Positions 62,640 through 64,000 of a DNA stretch of 64,000 nucleotides are shown piece after piece. The number at the start of each line of letters is the position of its first letter. Within the stretch, counting starts at the first letter, position 1. The stretch spans positions 41,741,752-41,805,751 of the forward strand of contig NC_068981.1 of the NCBI RefSeq assembly GCF_001194135.2, in the 5' to 3' direction. Both the position numbers and the translations under genes were made by a program. The notes beneath the pieces were generated by a model that saw nothing but the letters and a program-made list of their open reading frames with translations, was not told the DNA's origin and made no database searches. The stretch is from Octopus bimaculoides (lineage: Eukaryota).

Positions 62640-64000
62640 AATTCCAGGTAGAAGTAGGGGTCCACCAAGGATCAGCCCCCAGCCTCCTCTTATTCATCAT
62701 AGTCCTCCAGGCAATAACAGAGGAATTCAAGACAGATTGCCCCTGGGAGCTCCTCAATGCTGATAACCTGGCCCTCAGCAGAATCACTACCAGAACTAGA
62801 AATTCCAGGTGTGGAAGCGAGGTTTAGAGTTGAAGGGCCTTAGAGTCAATGTCGCAAAGACCAAAGTCCTCGTAAGTAGGAAGATGAACAAATCACACAC
62901 CCCTTCAGGTAGATGGCGCTGCTCAATCTGTAGAAAATCTATAAGATGTACACAGTGTAAGTTATGGACGCATAAGAGGTGCAGCAACATCAAAGGAAGA
63001 TTAACCGAGAAGATAGCTTTCGTGTGTGGCAGATGCACTGGGGCAATAAACACTACAGATGCTCAGAAAATAAATTCCATCACATGCCAGGGAGAGAAAC
63101 CAGAAGTAGTTTGATAGCTTCCGCTACCTAGGGGACCAAGTTAGTAGTGGGAGTGGATGCTCAGAGAGCGTTACCACTAGAATAAGAGTAGCCTGGGTAA
63201 AGTTCAGAAAGCTTCTACCCCTACTGGTGACAAAGGGCCTCTCACTTAGAGTGAAAGGTAGATTGTATGATGCATGTGTGCGAACTGCCATGCTTCATGG
63301 CAGTGAAACATGGGCCGTGACTGCTGAAGACATGCATAGGCTTGAAAGAAATGAAGCTAGCATTATCCGCTGGATGTGTAATGTCAGTGTGCACACATGA
63401 CAGAGTGTAAGCACCCAGAGAGAAATGTTGGACATAAGAAGCATTGGATGTGATGTGCAAGAGAGACGTTTGCATTGGTATGGTCACGTACTACAGATGG
63501 ATGAGGAGAGCTGTGTGAAAAAGTGCCAATCCCAAACAGTTGAAGGAATCCGGGGTAAAGGTAGACCCAGGAAGACATGGGATGAGGTGGTCAAGTATGA
63601 CCTTCGAACGTTGGGCCTCACAAAGGAAATGACAAAAGACAGAGACCTCTGGAGGTATGCTGTGACTGAGAAGATCCGGTAAATAAAGTGAGATCACAGC
63701 TGTAACCTACACCAGTGTCGCATAACCAGCCAACTCAAATGTACCCTTGGATCGTAGGGCGACATGCTGTGCTTGAGGAGACCTATTGAGTCAAGTACAT
63801 CAACAAATGAAATCAAATCACAATCAAATGGAAATTGTAGTTGTGGTCCCCATGCTGGTGGCACGTAAAAAGCACCATCTGATCATGGTCGATGCCAGCA
63901 CCCTCTTGGTGTGGTTGGTGTTAAGAAGGGCATCCAGCTGTAGAAACACTGTCAGATGAGACTGGAGTCTGGTGCAGCCTCCTGACTTTCCAGACCCCAG
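62640..64000 (+). mobile_element. RTE-clade LINE 3' part (RT C-terminus + 3'UTR), frameshifted
   Basis: GVHQGS..LLFIIVL, LRVNVAKTKVL, RLHWYGHVLQM, GRPRKTWDEVV; same family as 33693-34780. Confidence 0.93.

Overview
AT-rich, microsatellite-dense animal genomic DNA with 7 N-gaps. The repeat families (tRNA-derived SINEs, RTE LINE tails, CR1-like LINEs) point to an octopus scaffold; the species is an inference. The right half carries three housekeeping genes, all on the minus strand. (1) The last six coding exons of PRMT7 (61621->55499). (2) A complete 7-exon TIM17 (51463->40937, 166 aa, all phases and GT-AG sites check out). (3) RPAP1, encoded almost entirely by one 3,820-nt exon (32921->29102); I could not find its first coding exon. 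The left ~28 kb has no recognisable protein-coding exon. It holds two orphan promoter-like CpG-rich sites (~4.6-4.8 kb and ~22.6-23.1 kb), a few exon-like blocks, and many transposon relics (Tigger/pogo, a MER1/Charlie3-like hAT, mariner, CR1-like, L1/Tx1, Helitron ends, piggyBac-type MITEs). Most interesting: the giant RPAP1 exon with its missing 5' end, a hAT element resembling primate MER1A (horizontal-transfer candidate), an RTE copy with twin-priming-like inversion and a PHD-like finger inside its RT ORF, the orphan TATA/CCAAT/E-box promoter with a PPxY micro-ORF, and a left/right contrast in CpG decay. I found no clearly new multi-gene system.
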